This document shows positions 38,060 to 51,659 of a DNA stretch of 64,000 nt, piece after piece. The stretch covers positions 84,010,001 through 84,074,000 of the forward strand of contig NC_043003.1 of the NCBI RefSeq assembly GCF_006345805.1. The letters run 5' to 3'. The notes below the pieces were generated by a model. It ran no database searches. It was given only the letters and a program-made list of their open reading frames with translations, and had not been told where the DNA came from. Position 1 is the first letter of the stretch, and each line of letters starts with the position of its first letter. The position numbers and the translations under genes were made by a program. The stretch is from Octopus sinensis. Its lineage: Eukaryota.

Positions 38060-38222
38060 GCCATGATAGATCGTTAGCCACTTGTTTTTTTCTGTGTCCC
38101 TTTCTGTAGAAGAGCGTAGGCTCGAAACGTAAAAGACTTTTTCTATTCCTGAGCGTTATACTAATACATCTGTTTGTTTTGTACACCACCAGTCTTCGTC
38201 TTTTGTTTTTTCGTAAACTCTC
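38056..38222 (+). mobile_element. Penelope-like element terminal fragment flanked by (TA)n
   Basis: GAAGAG...CTCGAAAC motif typical of PLE pseudo-LTRs; pyrimidine-rich context. Confidence 0.45.
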
Positions 38223-38223
38223 C

Positions 38224-38256
<33 letters not shown>

Positions 38257-38483
38257 ATATATATATGAGAGAGTTAGTGAGCAAACAAAAGAAAAGGGTA
38301 CTCAACACATTTAGTAGGAGTTACATGTATTATTTAATACAGTTTGATACGGGTCCATATAAGACAAGGCATAAATAATGGTCATTACATATTTTCTTTA
38401 CTGTAGTAAATTTGACTAACCGAGAGCTTATCAAGTATTTTGCCCGGGTTGATAACCCCTCATTATATATATATATATATATA

Positions 38484-38702
38484 TTGATAAAAAATGGTAA
38501 GACAACAAAAGAATGAAAGATACCTCGATATTATGTAAATAGAGGAATTTATCTGTAAATATAATATGTGACAATTATTCGGTAGCCATGATAAAACTTC
38601 GCGTTTCTGGTGCCGAGGTAGAAATCTACGCCGCCATCTCTTCAGTTATCCGGCATCTGAAACTCGGAGTTTTATCATGGCTACCGAATAATTGTTACAT
38701 AT
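38484..38702 (-). mobile_element. Penelope-like element end with a 44-bp inverted repeat and a hammerhead-like core
   Basis: Inverted repeat 38564-38607 / 38659-38702 (3 mismatches); CTGAAGA...GAAAC on the - strand; tail ends in (AT)n. Confidence 0.55.
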
Positions 38703-40454
38703 TACACACAAATATATATATTTAATACACGCACACATGGTGCTCCAGCATGACCACGGCCGCACACACACACACATATATATCAAATACACTTGCACGT
38801 ATTATAGTTGTAATGTTGATATTGAAAGAAAAATTATTCTATGTTTATATATTTTTTTTAGCTTCTGCGTAAATTTATGTAAATGTTAAAAGAACTATAT
38901 TTTGCAAATAAATCCTGAATATATCTATTACTTGTGAGGAAAAAAATATCTTCCCCATACAGAGAGAGGAGGGGGACGAGAAAGGCGGGGGAAATAAGAT
39001 TTTGGACGCCTGTAAAAAAAACTTAGAAAATATATAAATCTCCGACTTCATTTGAAGATAAGATACGGTGCATCTGTGTAAGAATTCGTGTGTTTCTTTA
39101 AAGTGGAGCGGGCATACAAATATCATAACTGGTTAAGAAAAAGAATATGCAACGAGATATGACAAGTACAGTCGATACGTTATCGTTTTGCATATATATA
39201 CACACATATGTGCTTGTGCCTGAGTACCCGCATGTTACATACGCACACGAATGCGTGTGTAACATGCGCGTACGCATTCGTTCTTGTGTATGTATAATAT
39301 TTACATATGTATTATAATAATAATGATGTGTTCTAAATATCTAAAAACAACAGACATTAATTAAAGAAAGGACGGAACACACGATGCAGAATACAATATT
39401 TATTTATTCTATAAAGGCAACTTGACTGTGACTTCGAAGAAGCTTATCAAACAAACTGTTTGATAAGCTTCTTTGGCGAAACTTCAAAGTTACAATCAAC
39501 CGCTTATAGTGTATATACATACTTATATGTACACACACACACACACACACACACATGTATATATATGTGTGCACAGCATTCATAGGAAACTGCTTGATGG
39601 AAGTTGGCAATGAATGGCGTCTTTTTAATTTTATTTTATTTAGTCCGGTTTAAGAGGAAATGTTACAGGGACGTTATCTCTGTTAAGATATCCCGATTAT
39701 ATGACTCTCTTTAGAATAACATCCACGTTAGCACTTTCAAGAAAAAAGCCTGCTTGAAAAGCAATATTCCCAAATGTCTTTTAAACGACAGTAAAAATGG
39801 GGTCTTTTTAAGCATGTCAGGCAGAGCAGCCGATCACATAGGTGCAAAAAGGCGGGAAAATGGTTAGCTATTTTATAGAGGTATAGAAAAACGTTTGATT
39901 TCAGCGCACGCAAGATGGCGGATAATGTATTTCTCTCGCTTCACCTCGTTAAATTTGGAGAAATATCATACAAGTTGAAGACATTTCTCGCCCTCATGTC
40001 ATTCTATATCTAAAGTGAAAATCAAAACATGCAAACACACATATGCATATATACATGCATACGCGTACACATACGTATTCGTATATATGCACGCGTTCGC
40101 ATGCATATATATATATATATGTATATATGCGCGCGCACGCATACCCAATTCAAAGGACAAAATTAAAAACTGAGGAAAAGAAAAAAAAACGAACGTGAGG
40201 ACGTGCACAAGACGCTCGGTGAAAAGAGTGAGTTGAAAACGTTTCGAGCATAGCTCTTCGTCGGAAAGAGGAAATTCCAAAGAGAAAGGAAAAATAAGGA
40301 AAAATCGCCAACAATCAACGTGCGGTTATGTAAATATATATATATATATATATACGATAAACGTCGCCCTTTTCAAGCCTAGCCAGGCTGATGGGCCTGG
40401 TTTCAGAATATATTGAGTCTAATTAAAGTATATAGTGAAAGAAACTTAATACAC

Positions 40455-40790
40455 CATGGTTGGGAGAGGGGGTTAGTCGATTACATCGACCTCGAAATGG
40501 TGACAGATGAAGTCGACCTTGGCGGTGTTTGAACTCAGAACGTAAAGGCAGACGATATGCTGCTAAGCATTTTGTTCGGCGTATAAATTATTCTGCCAAC
40601 TTGCCGCCTTGATAATAATCCTCTCTACTAAAGGAATAAGGGCTGAAATTTTCGGAGAGGGAGCTAGTCGATTACATCGCCCCCAGTGCTCGATTGGTGC
40701 CTATTTCATTGATCCCGAAAAAAATGAAAGGCAAAGTCAACCTTGGCAGAATTTGAACTCAGAACGTGAAAGCGGACGAAATGCTGCTAA
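40455..40790 (-). mobile_element. Two adjacent SINE A' copies
   Basis: gtcgattacatcgacc and aagtcgacctt..gaatttgaactcagaacg present twice. Confidence 0.7.
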
Positions 40791-42939
40791 TTATAAGTTC
40801 TAACTCTGCTACAAGAACCGACACAATTATGAAGATAAATGAAAGCCTGTACTTGACTGTAATTTATTTTATCGACTCTGCAAGACTGAGTGAAGGGCCA
40901 AGTTAATCCATTAAACTCCGGGATTAAAACCGTTTAATTAATCTAATGGTTTTCTGATTATTACTATAGAAATAGAGACCGAATAAAAACGAACTAAATT
41001 GTTAAAATCTTTCAAGAAAGTCGTCGAAAGGAGTAGCAATTTCCTATACGAAAATCTTAAGTACTAAGAGATTGACTAACGAAAGGATTAATGGATTGAT
41101 TTGTAGACATATGATATGCCTGCGTATAGGTGGGGTCGGGGTTATTGTAGGAATCAACAGATAAAATAGTCTGAAAGTGAAAGCCTGTGTGAATTTATCG
41201 TCCGCTGTTATTTCTGATATAGTATAAGTGAAATTAAAAATAAATGAACGCTATATGATTCCATCAAACTGTCACATTTAAACTACATATTTCATTTTAA
41301 GAGAAATAATAACCAAACGCTAGTGGGGGAGAACTGCTTTCAGATTCAGGGCATTGCTGTCACTACACAAACTTCTTAGATTGTACAAAAAATAAATAAA
41401 TAAATAAATAAATAAGAGATATGACTGATTAGTATGAAGTCCCCTGTCATTACGTTCCAGACTCATTGTCTCTTCTGATTTTTCTGCAGCTACCACAGGG
41501 GCATTTGCTCTTCAGCACTCCGGCCCACCTGACTCGCGCGTCTCTTCTCGCCTACTCTTGTGTCCATTCGCACTAAACGCAATCCCATCACTAAAATGTG
41601 TGATTTTAATTCAAATTTCTTAACTTACTACATGGAACATGCTAGAGTTCACCCACATTACTTTTAACTTTATATGCAGCAGCCATTCTTAGTTCTTTGT
41701 TTTTTTTCCTCTCCCAGACAAATTTACAATTAAGTATGACTGGCTGACATTTACACAGAATAAACAAATGCCAGAAATAAAATTATTTCTCTAACTTCTT
41801 TGTGTTCAGATTTAACGAACACCTAAACTATTGCTAATTCCCAATTACAAATACAATATCCCAGATTTTTTTTCAACTATAATTATATTTTCCTGTGATC
41901 AAAGACCGAGAAAAAAAACCCAGAATACTACTTTCTTTTGGCGAGAACAATAAGGTTTTGCTGCTGTCGTTGCGAGGCTCAGTTCAATCCCGAGCTAGCC
42001 GATCATTGATCAAATATATATTAGCAACAGAGGCGGTATTTATACCGAGAATGTTTATCCCTACTTAAACGTGGATGTTCTATCAGAACAAACTTTTCTG
42101 CGGTCACTAATATATATTCAACAAACTGGCTAATAGCGACAGCAGTGTCTGTTCTGGTACTGTCAATTTATATATCGCTGGCGGGGAGATGAACTATTGC
42201 TGCTTCTAGGTCTAGTATCCATCATTGACAAGACCAAACAAGGTCGAAATCACGTCATCTGGTAGTCTTGGTGCTGGAAGTAGCAGGGTTTTATCTCCAA
42301 CTAGCGATATAAAGAAAGTGCATTTTGCAGCGAAAAGCCAGTATGAGAGTTTCTCTCATGGTAACTACCTCAGTAAATTTTGTTCTAATAGAACATTCAC
42401 ATTTGAGTGGGGATAAATATAACTCCTTTGATCAAATTTTTTTCAGTCACGCCTGTCTCGTGAACTATATTTGTCCAATGTACTATTACATTTTTTAAAT
42501 AAAAGAAACCCCTCTGTCGTGTGTGCATTGATGGATATTCGGTTGTTGTTTTTAGCAGAACGATCAATGATACAGAGGCTCTCTTGCTGGCTGGAGAAGC
42601 TTATATAAATCAAATGGATAATACAATAGTGGCTAACTGTTAATCCGAGGTACTTGATAGATATTTTGGGGTGGCGGGTTACAAAGAGCTAAATTTCAAA
42701 CAGTTGGCATTACATCTATCATCGGATGTAATGTTTACGTTATTAGGGCTCGGGTGCGCCAGCGGCCGATTCTCTCCATGGTCACACATCCTGCAAGAGA
42801 TAAGCTGCCAAAAATTTCGCAAATGAAGCCCTATCATTTTAAGTATAAAAATAACACATTGGACAATGTAGTGCTAGATATGTAAAAGGCAGGATGGTCA
42901 AAGCTGGAACGCCTTTGTAAATATGTACAACTTAATACC

Positions 42940-43169
42940 TATTTCTTTATTACCCACAAGGGGCTAAACACAGAGGGGACAAACAAGGACAGACATAGGT
43001 ATTAAGTCGATTACATCGACCCCAGTGCGTAACTGGTACTTAATTTATCGACCCCGAAAGGATGAAAGGCAAAGTCGACCTCGGCGGAATTTGAACTCAC
43101 AACGTAACGCAGACGAAATACCGCTAAGCATTTCGCCCGGCGTGCTAACGTTTCTGCCAGCTCGCCGCC
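42940..43169 (-). mobile_element. SINE family A, full length
   Basis: Near-identical to 2741-2972; TSD ttaatacc. Confidence 0.9.
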
Positions 43170-45774
43170 TTAATACCGTGTGGAGTTAATATGAACATCA
43201 GTTCTATCAAGTTCACAAATTGGAATGCGTTTGCTTCTTTTGCGTAGTGGTCAGATAGCACATGGCGCTTCCATTTCGTTGTTTATATGATTTGCCTTGT
43301 GGACAGCGAAACAAATATTTGTTTTACAGAATAATCATTTTTGTCTTATGCAAGCTGCCATCGTTGGCATCTTTATTGCATTATTTAATGATTCCTCTTT
43401 TTTCTCTTTATTTACTAATGGTACCTCTGGTAAACAGAGTTTACCAATGTGAAATCTTACCTACTTCATGAGTTTCTAAGATCTCTTAAGAACTCGTATA
43501 ATATTTCACTCCAGTATATGTTTGAAATATGATTATCTAGCTGTCTTGTATGTTCATATACCTATTTGAGATATAATATCTCAAAGTTCGTTAGCATGGC
43601 TGTTTTATTTATTTACTCATTTTTCTTTTGTAGAAATATGTTGGAGTGAATTCTCTTTCAATGCATGATGGTGATATCACAAACTCCTATTGGTTCATTT
43701 GTCAGTGTAATAAATTTGTTCAAATTTTAATTGGGTCGTATTCTCTCTCTAAAACCATATAAATTTATGTTGTTGAGTAAATTATTAGAGGTTTGCAATA
43801 TATGTTCACACATATTCACAATTCATTTCCACCCCCACCTTACATAATATCATCGCCACAAATGATAAGGCTTTTTCTAGTCAATTTACTTAATTCGTGC
43901 CTACAGCTTTACCACATTGGTTTTTACTCCCAGTATGCTCCTCCTCTCTTTCTTTCTCTCTCTCTCTCTCTCTCTCGCTCACGCGCGCGCGAAGAGGAAC
44001 CTTCAGTTGAAAAAGTAAATCTGCACCAACTACACGTTTTTGTGTCTTATCTTTCAACTTGAAGACCCTGCGGTTTTGAGGAAAGCAATTAACATTCCAG
44101 TTGTCAGCTGCACGATGGTGATAATGATGACGCCGACGGGAATAAATGTAATTTCTAACACAAGCCCAAGGGCACATATAATTAGGAAAAGGACCGTTAG
44201 TTATATCGATCCTTAATATTTCTCCAGGAACTTACTCCATCTACGCTGGTGTTATTTGAACTCATAGTAAAATGAGAAGGAAATATTCTGTTTTTCGCTT
44301 TTTGTATAATTCATTCACTGCTGAATTATCTACTGTGACTTATTTATTTTTAATGGCAGTAGAGTGATGAAGATTAGGCTGCTAATTTTAATTGTAGCTG
44401 CGGAAAGGTCGCTTCGAGTCATGAAGGCTTATTTTTGACAATACTTGTATGGATGGTACTTCGTCGTTTGATCAAACTATATAGGGCGTAGATCTGCTCA
44501 GTCAGGACTGACAGAGTTACATATACGACTGCGATATTAAAACAACAAATGAAATAGACTTGCTAGAAATATCAACCAGATCTCTTTCAAATTACATACT
44601 AGAGTTTTAAAAAATAAAATTAAAATAATAAAAAAGACATCTAACAATGTAGTACTGAACATATTAAAGGTATGAAAATGACTGGATGATCACGATAGGA
44701 ACATCTTTGCTGATAGATCTCTTCGCTTTTGACTGATCTTTGGGAACTTGTACTATAACAATAGAAATGTTTTGTAACTTTAAGGCATAGAAAACGAACA
44801 AGTTTAATCACGGAAATACCGAAACAACTACTTCATTACGCGTAATTCATGTCTGCAATTACACAAAACGAAACTATTATATTTCCAAACTAGTTACATT
44901 TCAATATTACATTTATTTCTGTTTCACAGAGCTATTTATAACACACTCATCATCATCGTCATAATCATAATCAGCAGTAGTAGTGGTGGCGATGATGATG
45001 ATGATAATAGTAATAATGATGATAATGGAAGTGGTGGGAGCAACAGCAGCTGTAACAGCACTCATCTGTTTTTACCATTCAGTTATACAGGAAGGAATTC
45101 TGGCCGAACGGAGTGATTCCCTTAACTCCGCTTTTCCAAGAAATTGTTGGCATTTAAAAATGATATTTTTTATTTATTCCTTTATTATTTTTTTTTTATT
45201 TCATTTCTTTTTTATTATCAGCTCAGCCGCATCTTCGTTGCTGCTTTTTTTTCAACCCTTGGCCAATAATATTTTGAGGCTAAATTGAAGGGGTATAGGA
45301 GAAAGAAGTTAACTTTTGATACAGACCGAAAGAAAAATATACACAAGATAGAAAGGAAAAACTTGTGGATGATAAAATAACTTAGATAGGATGTTTGGCA
45401 AATTGTCAGCTGATTCGAGTTTGATATCAACAGCAGTAACAATAATATTATCAGTAACAACAGCAGCTACATAAATGTACAGACATATTTTTCGGTGCTT
45501 GCCGAAAGATTTGCTTTTACATGGTGCTTGAGAAGGCAACGCATAGAAAAAGCCCTCTACATCAGATCTACTTCAATGGTGGCAAAGCCTTGTAAGTGTC
45601 GAAGACCGCGTTTTTGGATTCGCTGTGTATATATACATCACAAGTAATAATCTCAATTGATTTTATTCGGGGTACATATTACTGTAACGTTTTTATTTCA
45701 TTAGAACATTTAAATGCCAAAAAAAAAAAAAAAAAAGGTAGGAAGAGAGAAAAGAAAAGAAAGAAAACGACGAT

Positions 45775-45910
45775 AGAATAAGTACTGGGCTTACAAAGAG
45801 TAAGTACTGGGCTTACAAAGAATAAGACCCGGGGTCGAGTTGCTCGATTAAAGGCGGTGCTCCAGCATGGCCGCAGTCAAATGACAAACAAGTAAAAGAG
45901 AGAGAGAACG
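45775..45910 (+). mobile_element. SINE family B, 3' fragment
   Basis: aagtactgggcttacaaag duplicated in tandem, then the standard tail. Confidence 0.8.
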
Positions 45911-46558
45911 AAAGATGGAGAAGGTGGTGGTGATGGGCCACACACCCCAAAATAAATGGGGGTGCTCAGCCACGCCCCGTGGTAATGACCATGATGACCT
46001 TGCGCGGTTAATTACTTGCAACTGGGGTCGATCTAATCGACTGACCTCCTCCCCCAAAATTTCGGGCCTTGTGCCTATAGTAGAAAAGGATATTTATAAC
46101 AAGAAGGCAGAAACAATAAATCGACAAAGAGTCTGCATTGTGAGTAGCTGAAAGAGGAGTGGGTAGTATAATGTGAATTAACCAATAGTTTTAATTTTCG
46201 AAAAAGAAAACGAAAATAAGAAAAATAATGGTTAGATGCAAAAAAAAAAAGAAGAAGCAAACACATACAACACTGAATTTAAGAAAGGTGTTGAAAATGA
46301 TGTAATTACATCACATAAAAATCCTTTATCGCGATCAGAGTCAAGAGATAATTAACCTTCTACTCTAATCTTGGCAGTTTAAGTAATTTGAAGTGATCGG
46401 GTTTTAGTGCAGACACTTGCTGTACGGCTAAAATGTCCGCTTCTTATTGCGTTATACTTTGGGTAAATTCTATAGACGGAAACTATGTGGAAGATCGTCG
46501 CAGAGGCTGTTACACAGGTGGTTTAACATCATCATCTGCACTTTTAGTGGAATTCTAC

Positions 46559-46632
46559 CTGTTGCAAGCAACTGGCCCCGGTGTCTGGTCCGAACATAAT
46601 TTCATCCTTTCCTCCCATCGGCTCCGAATGTC
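46559..46632 (-). CDS. Candidate exon (xHSEPMGGKDEIMFGPDTGASCLQQ)
   Basis: ctgcag acceptor (weak pyrimidine tract), CAG|gtagaa donor, 74 nt, GC-rich patch. Phase 1 in / 0 out fits between 59003 and 36764. Confidence 0.3.
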
Positions 46633-46720
46633 CTGCAGACCTTCCAATTAATAAATATAGTTTAACCGCCCCACCCCCGAAAATGGTGATGTAACAGGAG
46701 AATACACATGAAGGAAATAG

Positions 46721-46775
<55 letters not shown>

Positions 46776-48310
46776 CCATGTTGCATACGGATAGGTTTTC
46801 TTTTATAAGTGGACTCGCTGAGACAGAAGAGTCCCAGATCAATTCTGATCAAACATATTCGTGATCGAAATCGTTCCAGTCATGCTCGATCCACTTTTAT
46901 GTTTCTACAACCAATGGTCTACATCATCCGGTGCATTCGTCAAAGTAAAGACGGTAGCTCAGAATGTCAAACATGATTTGAACTCAAAACGTATTGTGCT
47001 TATTTTATATACGACAATGTCAACTGTCTTCCATCGTTTCGAGAATGTGGGAACGATAAGATAAAATAAGCACTAACACCGAAAACCGATTTAATGATTG
47101 TGCTTTTCCCTAAAATATGTCCTTCATGCATACGTCAGAATTTAATAAATACGTAGGTTCCCTTTGACATCAGACATGGTTAAAAATCAACTGAAGACGG
47201 CATCAAATAAATCTCGGATGTTTAGGGCGTTTTATGTCATTACGTAGAAAGGATTGGTCGCTAGACACTAGATACGGTTTCATTTTTACTTCTAATTTAG
47301 AAGCTAATTAAGTCAGTGACATCACGAGAAATTAGAGGATTTTCTATCATTTTTTTCCTATTCTATTCCATTCTGTTACCGATTTCAGCCATTTTTGCCT
47401 TTTATCTTTCCAGGGTCGATATAATCAATTGTGACCATTTCCCCAAACATCTGCCCCCGTGCCTATGTTAGAAATGATTTGATAGTAATAAAATGTGCAG
47501 GTATTTGGAAAAATTTAGCAATGGTGCTTGTATAAAAAAAAACATAGATGGCAGCTTTAATTTACTAGATATTTTAAAACAAGCGGTTTTATACGAAAAA
47601 CTGAGACGGTCTCAGAAGTGTAGAGTGATATAAAAAAGCTTATAAAAAAAGTTCTTTATTTTTTCTTTCTTTATATATTTTTTTGGCATGTGAATTAGAC
47701 ATAAGCTACTAACCTCGTTCCCCTTTGGGAGGCAAGCAGAGGTTGAGTAATAGACACATTTTACACTATGAAGACCAGTGTATTGTTTAGAATTGAACCG
47801 TTCGCTTCTATGGCCTGTTATTAATTACCTCAGAAGACGCAACACACGACCAGCTGGACTGTTCACTGCAGTCCTTTAAAAGAAGAGACAGAAAAGAGCG
47901 GATATGAATAGAAAGAGATGATAGATAGATAGATTGATAGACAGACAGATATGAAAGATAAATAGATAATCATTTTACGTCTGGTCTTATCTATATGAAG
48001 GCGCGTGGCCTAGCTGTTGGGTTCGCGATCGGTATGTCGAAGGTTCGATTCTCCGACGGGGCAGTGCGTTGCATCCTTTAGCAAAGTACTTCATTTCACG
48101 CTGTTTCCGTCCACTCAGCTAGAAATTAGTACCACCAGTAGATGGTGGAAATTGACATCCGTTCGGAAATACTACTACTACTACTACTATTACTCATGCT
48201 CTTAACATGTCTAGTGACATAAAATGAAAATTATACTGCAATATATATTTCAAACTAGTCACGATAAGCTCTGACCTACCTGTTGGCCTTTGGGCTCGTG
48301 ACAGACTTAT

Positions 48311-48657
48311 GATTAGATCGACACCAGTACGCAACTGGTACTTAATTTATCGACCTCGAAAGGATGAAAGGCAAAGTCGACCTCGGCGGAATCTGAAATC
48401 AAAAACGTAGCGGCAGACGAAATACCTATTTCTTTACTACCCACAAGGGGCTAAATACAGGGAGGACAAACAAGGACAGACAAACGGATTAAGTCGATTA
48501 CATCGACCCCAGTACGTAACTGGTACTTAATTTATCGACCCCGAAAGGATGAAAGGCAAAGTCGACCTCGGCGGAATTTGAACTCAGAACGTAACGGCAG
48601 ACGAAATACCGCTACGCATTTCGCCCGGCGTGCTAACGTTTCTGCCAGCTCGCTGCC
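48311..48657 (-). mobile_element. SINE family A head-to-tail dimer (one full copy plus one internal segment)
   Basis: Two tandem copies joined at gacgaaatacc|tatttc (48426/48427). Confidence 0.85.
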
Positions 48658-50576
48658 TTTTTAATAAAATCATTATCAGATTCAATAAGATGTTTAATCT
48701 TTTCACTTTTGATATTTATTAAATTTCCAATTTTTGGATTTGTTCTATTGAGGTTTAGACAATTTTAGTTCGGGGATATAATCCAATTTTTTAATTGGGT
48801 CGAGGTAACAAATTGTTTAGTCTTAAAAAGTACCAAATTGCACCAAATTGTTTAGTCTTAGGTCAGCTTTGATTGAGACTACATATGATCAAAGGCATTT
48901 AACCAACCGTGACTATCCTATACCTTTCCCCCAGAAACGGTGCATCCAGGAGTCCATCATCTAGTATGTTCTTTTCTTGGGCGGTAAGTTTAGTTCACAC
49001 CCACACATTTGTGTATGTACATGGGTAAATAGGGCATCTCTACAACTCCATCAGAGGTTGAGGACCCAAGCATACAACACACACACACACGTGTGTGTGT
49101 AACTATGCGGTGTTTGTATGAACGAGTTTGTTTAATCTGCGCATCCACAGTATACACTTCCATTTTCGTCTTCATATCTGTGGGAAGTGGTGGGGTCCAC
49201 AGTGCGGGTTAATTTCATAAGCCTATTAAAATAATGTTCTCCCTTTTGCACCCTCTCACCGCTATGACTTGATTAAAATCCAGTATTTTCTTCTATTTTC
49301 AGTTGTCACGGTACAACGAATTTTAAAGACATACGGAATTTTAATAGTTTTCTAAGACACTTGATGAAAAATGCTGCCCACAATGTTATTTCTGTTAAGG
49401 GCCATTTGATATTTTCCTGAGAATAGCTATGGGAAAATTGTTAACTCAAAACACAGTTTCATAACCGCGCGGATTATATACAGTTCAGGCTATTTCAAAA
49501 GCAGTTGAACAGCATTCTCTCGGGAAAACATCAGTGAACAAAGACTTTTTAATGTAGTTTATTTCACTGCGAGATAGCTGTGTTGCCGGACGTATCTTTT
49601 GGGTTATCTTGGCATACATGTATAGCTGTTACTCGCAAGCGAGTATGGTTTAGTAGCAAGGACCACACGTTCACTTGTTTTAGCTTGCCTGTGTAGTCGC
49701 GAGCAGGCGTAGACCTAATATCTTCTCATTGTTGGCACAACGGAACATTGATGGGTGCGACAGCTGATAGGAATAGAGAACTAAGCCAGTAAATAGGCTG
49801 GTACTCAATTTCCGCTAAGAAGATTAGAGCAACGTGAACTAAAGTTCTTTGCTCAAAGACACAATGCACCAAGTCAAAACTTGAACGTACAATCTTATGA
49901 TAACGAGACCAACTTCCTAACCATAGGGCCACACGCCTTCATACGCGTAAAAGATTATCTTACCGATGCAGTTTTTACATCAGTAAGATAACCTGAAGGA
50001 GATCTTGTTCTTCGATATATCACCCCCAAAAGTTGTTGAACCTTTATAAAAGTCAAGTGAAATCCACAAGATAATACTGTTCACAAATCTGAGACAGTAC
50101 CAGTTCTCTACATACGGATAACTTAGATTTCGTAAAAAAACCTCCAACAAATTAAGGCTAGATTTCACAAATAAAACTTAACCTAATTAACCCATTATTT
50201 TGTTGTTTTTACATCCATCACCTACTTTTGGTCACCCCATTATCACCCCACTTTTCTTTAACGCCCCATCCACCCCTGGATCTTTCCACTGCCCCCAGGG
50301 GAACCACTGCACTACAACCTCTAGCCCACAGACGTAATCTCCCATCTCCTGGCTTTTCTACTGCTACTCTATCGGTCTATATTCCTGAGCATTAGTTGCA
50401 CGCTAATATCCACCCAAGCTACCCGACATCCCTCCTTCTCCTCTCATCCCTATACGGTCTCCCCTTCCGTAACCCTCTCACTAATCACTGTCAACATTTC
50501 TCTCTGCACGGCAGGGTTAACCCGCTGGAATCGCATAGGTTTTTCCCTGTAGTAATTGACTTCAAATGTTCTAGGC

Positions 50577-50812
50577 CTGTGATTTTCAACCGGGGTCCAT
50601 ATGACTCTTGGGGTTACATATAAGATTTTGCTGTTAAAATTTGTGTCAGAAATTAGTTATTCTTGTACACTACACAAAATATTTTGATTTTTTTTACACA
50701 GTTCCTAATTATTATTTAGTTATAAAAATAAGATTTTTAAACATCGAATATATACGAGGGTCCATTTGAATAAAATAGGAATCAAAAAGCAAAAAATGGT
50801 TGAGAACCGCTG
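50577..50812. mobile_element. hAT-type MITE, same family as 798-1120
   Basis: ctgtgattttcaaccggggtccatatgac...aaaaaatggttgagaaccgctg. Confidence 0.55.
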
Positions 50813-51018
50813 GTTTTAATCTGTACATCAAACATATCTGGGAAGGCCCTGCAATAGTCGTTGGCAGTGCCTCTCTCCCGTCATTCTGTGATGACTAAAC
50901 CATATAACCATGTCATGTCATTTAGGTCAAGTCAGCTTTGCCCAAGATCCTCCTAAATATAGGCCTGTTAGGAAAAAGAAATACAGGCTACACGTTACTT
51001 AGTGTGTGTGTGTGTGTG

Positions 51019-51070
<52 letters not shown>

Positions 51071-51659
51071 AAATGGGGAAAATGATGGAACTCACAAAAT
51101 CGATGACCAGTGAACGTGTTATGAACTTTGCAAATACTTTCTCTTTCCTTCCATGATAACGACGATGATTATAATTGCTTCAAAGATAGTGTCGATCGTT
51201 TGACAGCACCTCATTGATCAGCAATAAATCACCAAAAAGTTTTTTGTTTTTTTATTTACGTAAAAAAGAAATGAAGCAATTTTTATATGTTCCCCTTCCT
51301 TACACACACACAAAGTGGATGAGCTAATAATTAAACGACTTATTTGGTGAAACAAACGTGTCAACCACTGCATTGTGAGATTATTTGTAATCACACGACG
51401 TTAAATGTAGCGTGATGCGTTTGGTTCGGCAAGCATTGTCTTGAAACACGAGAAAGCCCGTGTACATGTAGCAATCTGAACACTATCCGGAGCATACAGG
51501 TACGCAAGACATGACCGACTCTAGAATACAGTTTAACGATGAAAATTTCATAACACAATGGGATCCCAAATTTATTTAGGTTGGTTGTTTACTTAGAATA
51601 TTTAAAAGAAAACACATTCTCAACATTATAAAGATATTGTAATACATTATAATTCCCAT

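Noticed and set aside
41470-41570. GC-rich exon-like segment (MDTRVGEKRRASQ on -, TTGAFALQ on +)
   Set aside because: Weak, ambiguous splice sites on both strands. It shows that phase-compatible candidates can arise by chance, so it was left out of the model.
42060-42330. Cadherin-like IYKLTVPE fragment
   Set aside because: No DxD/LDRE/DxNDN motifs and multiple stops.
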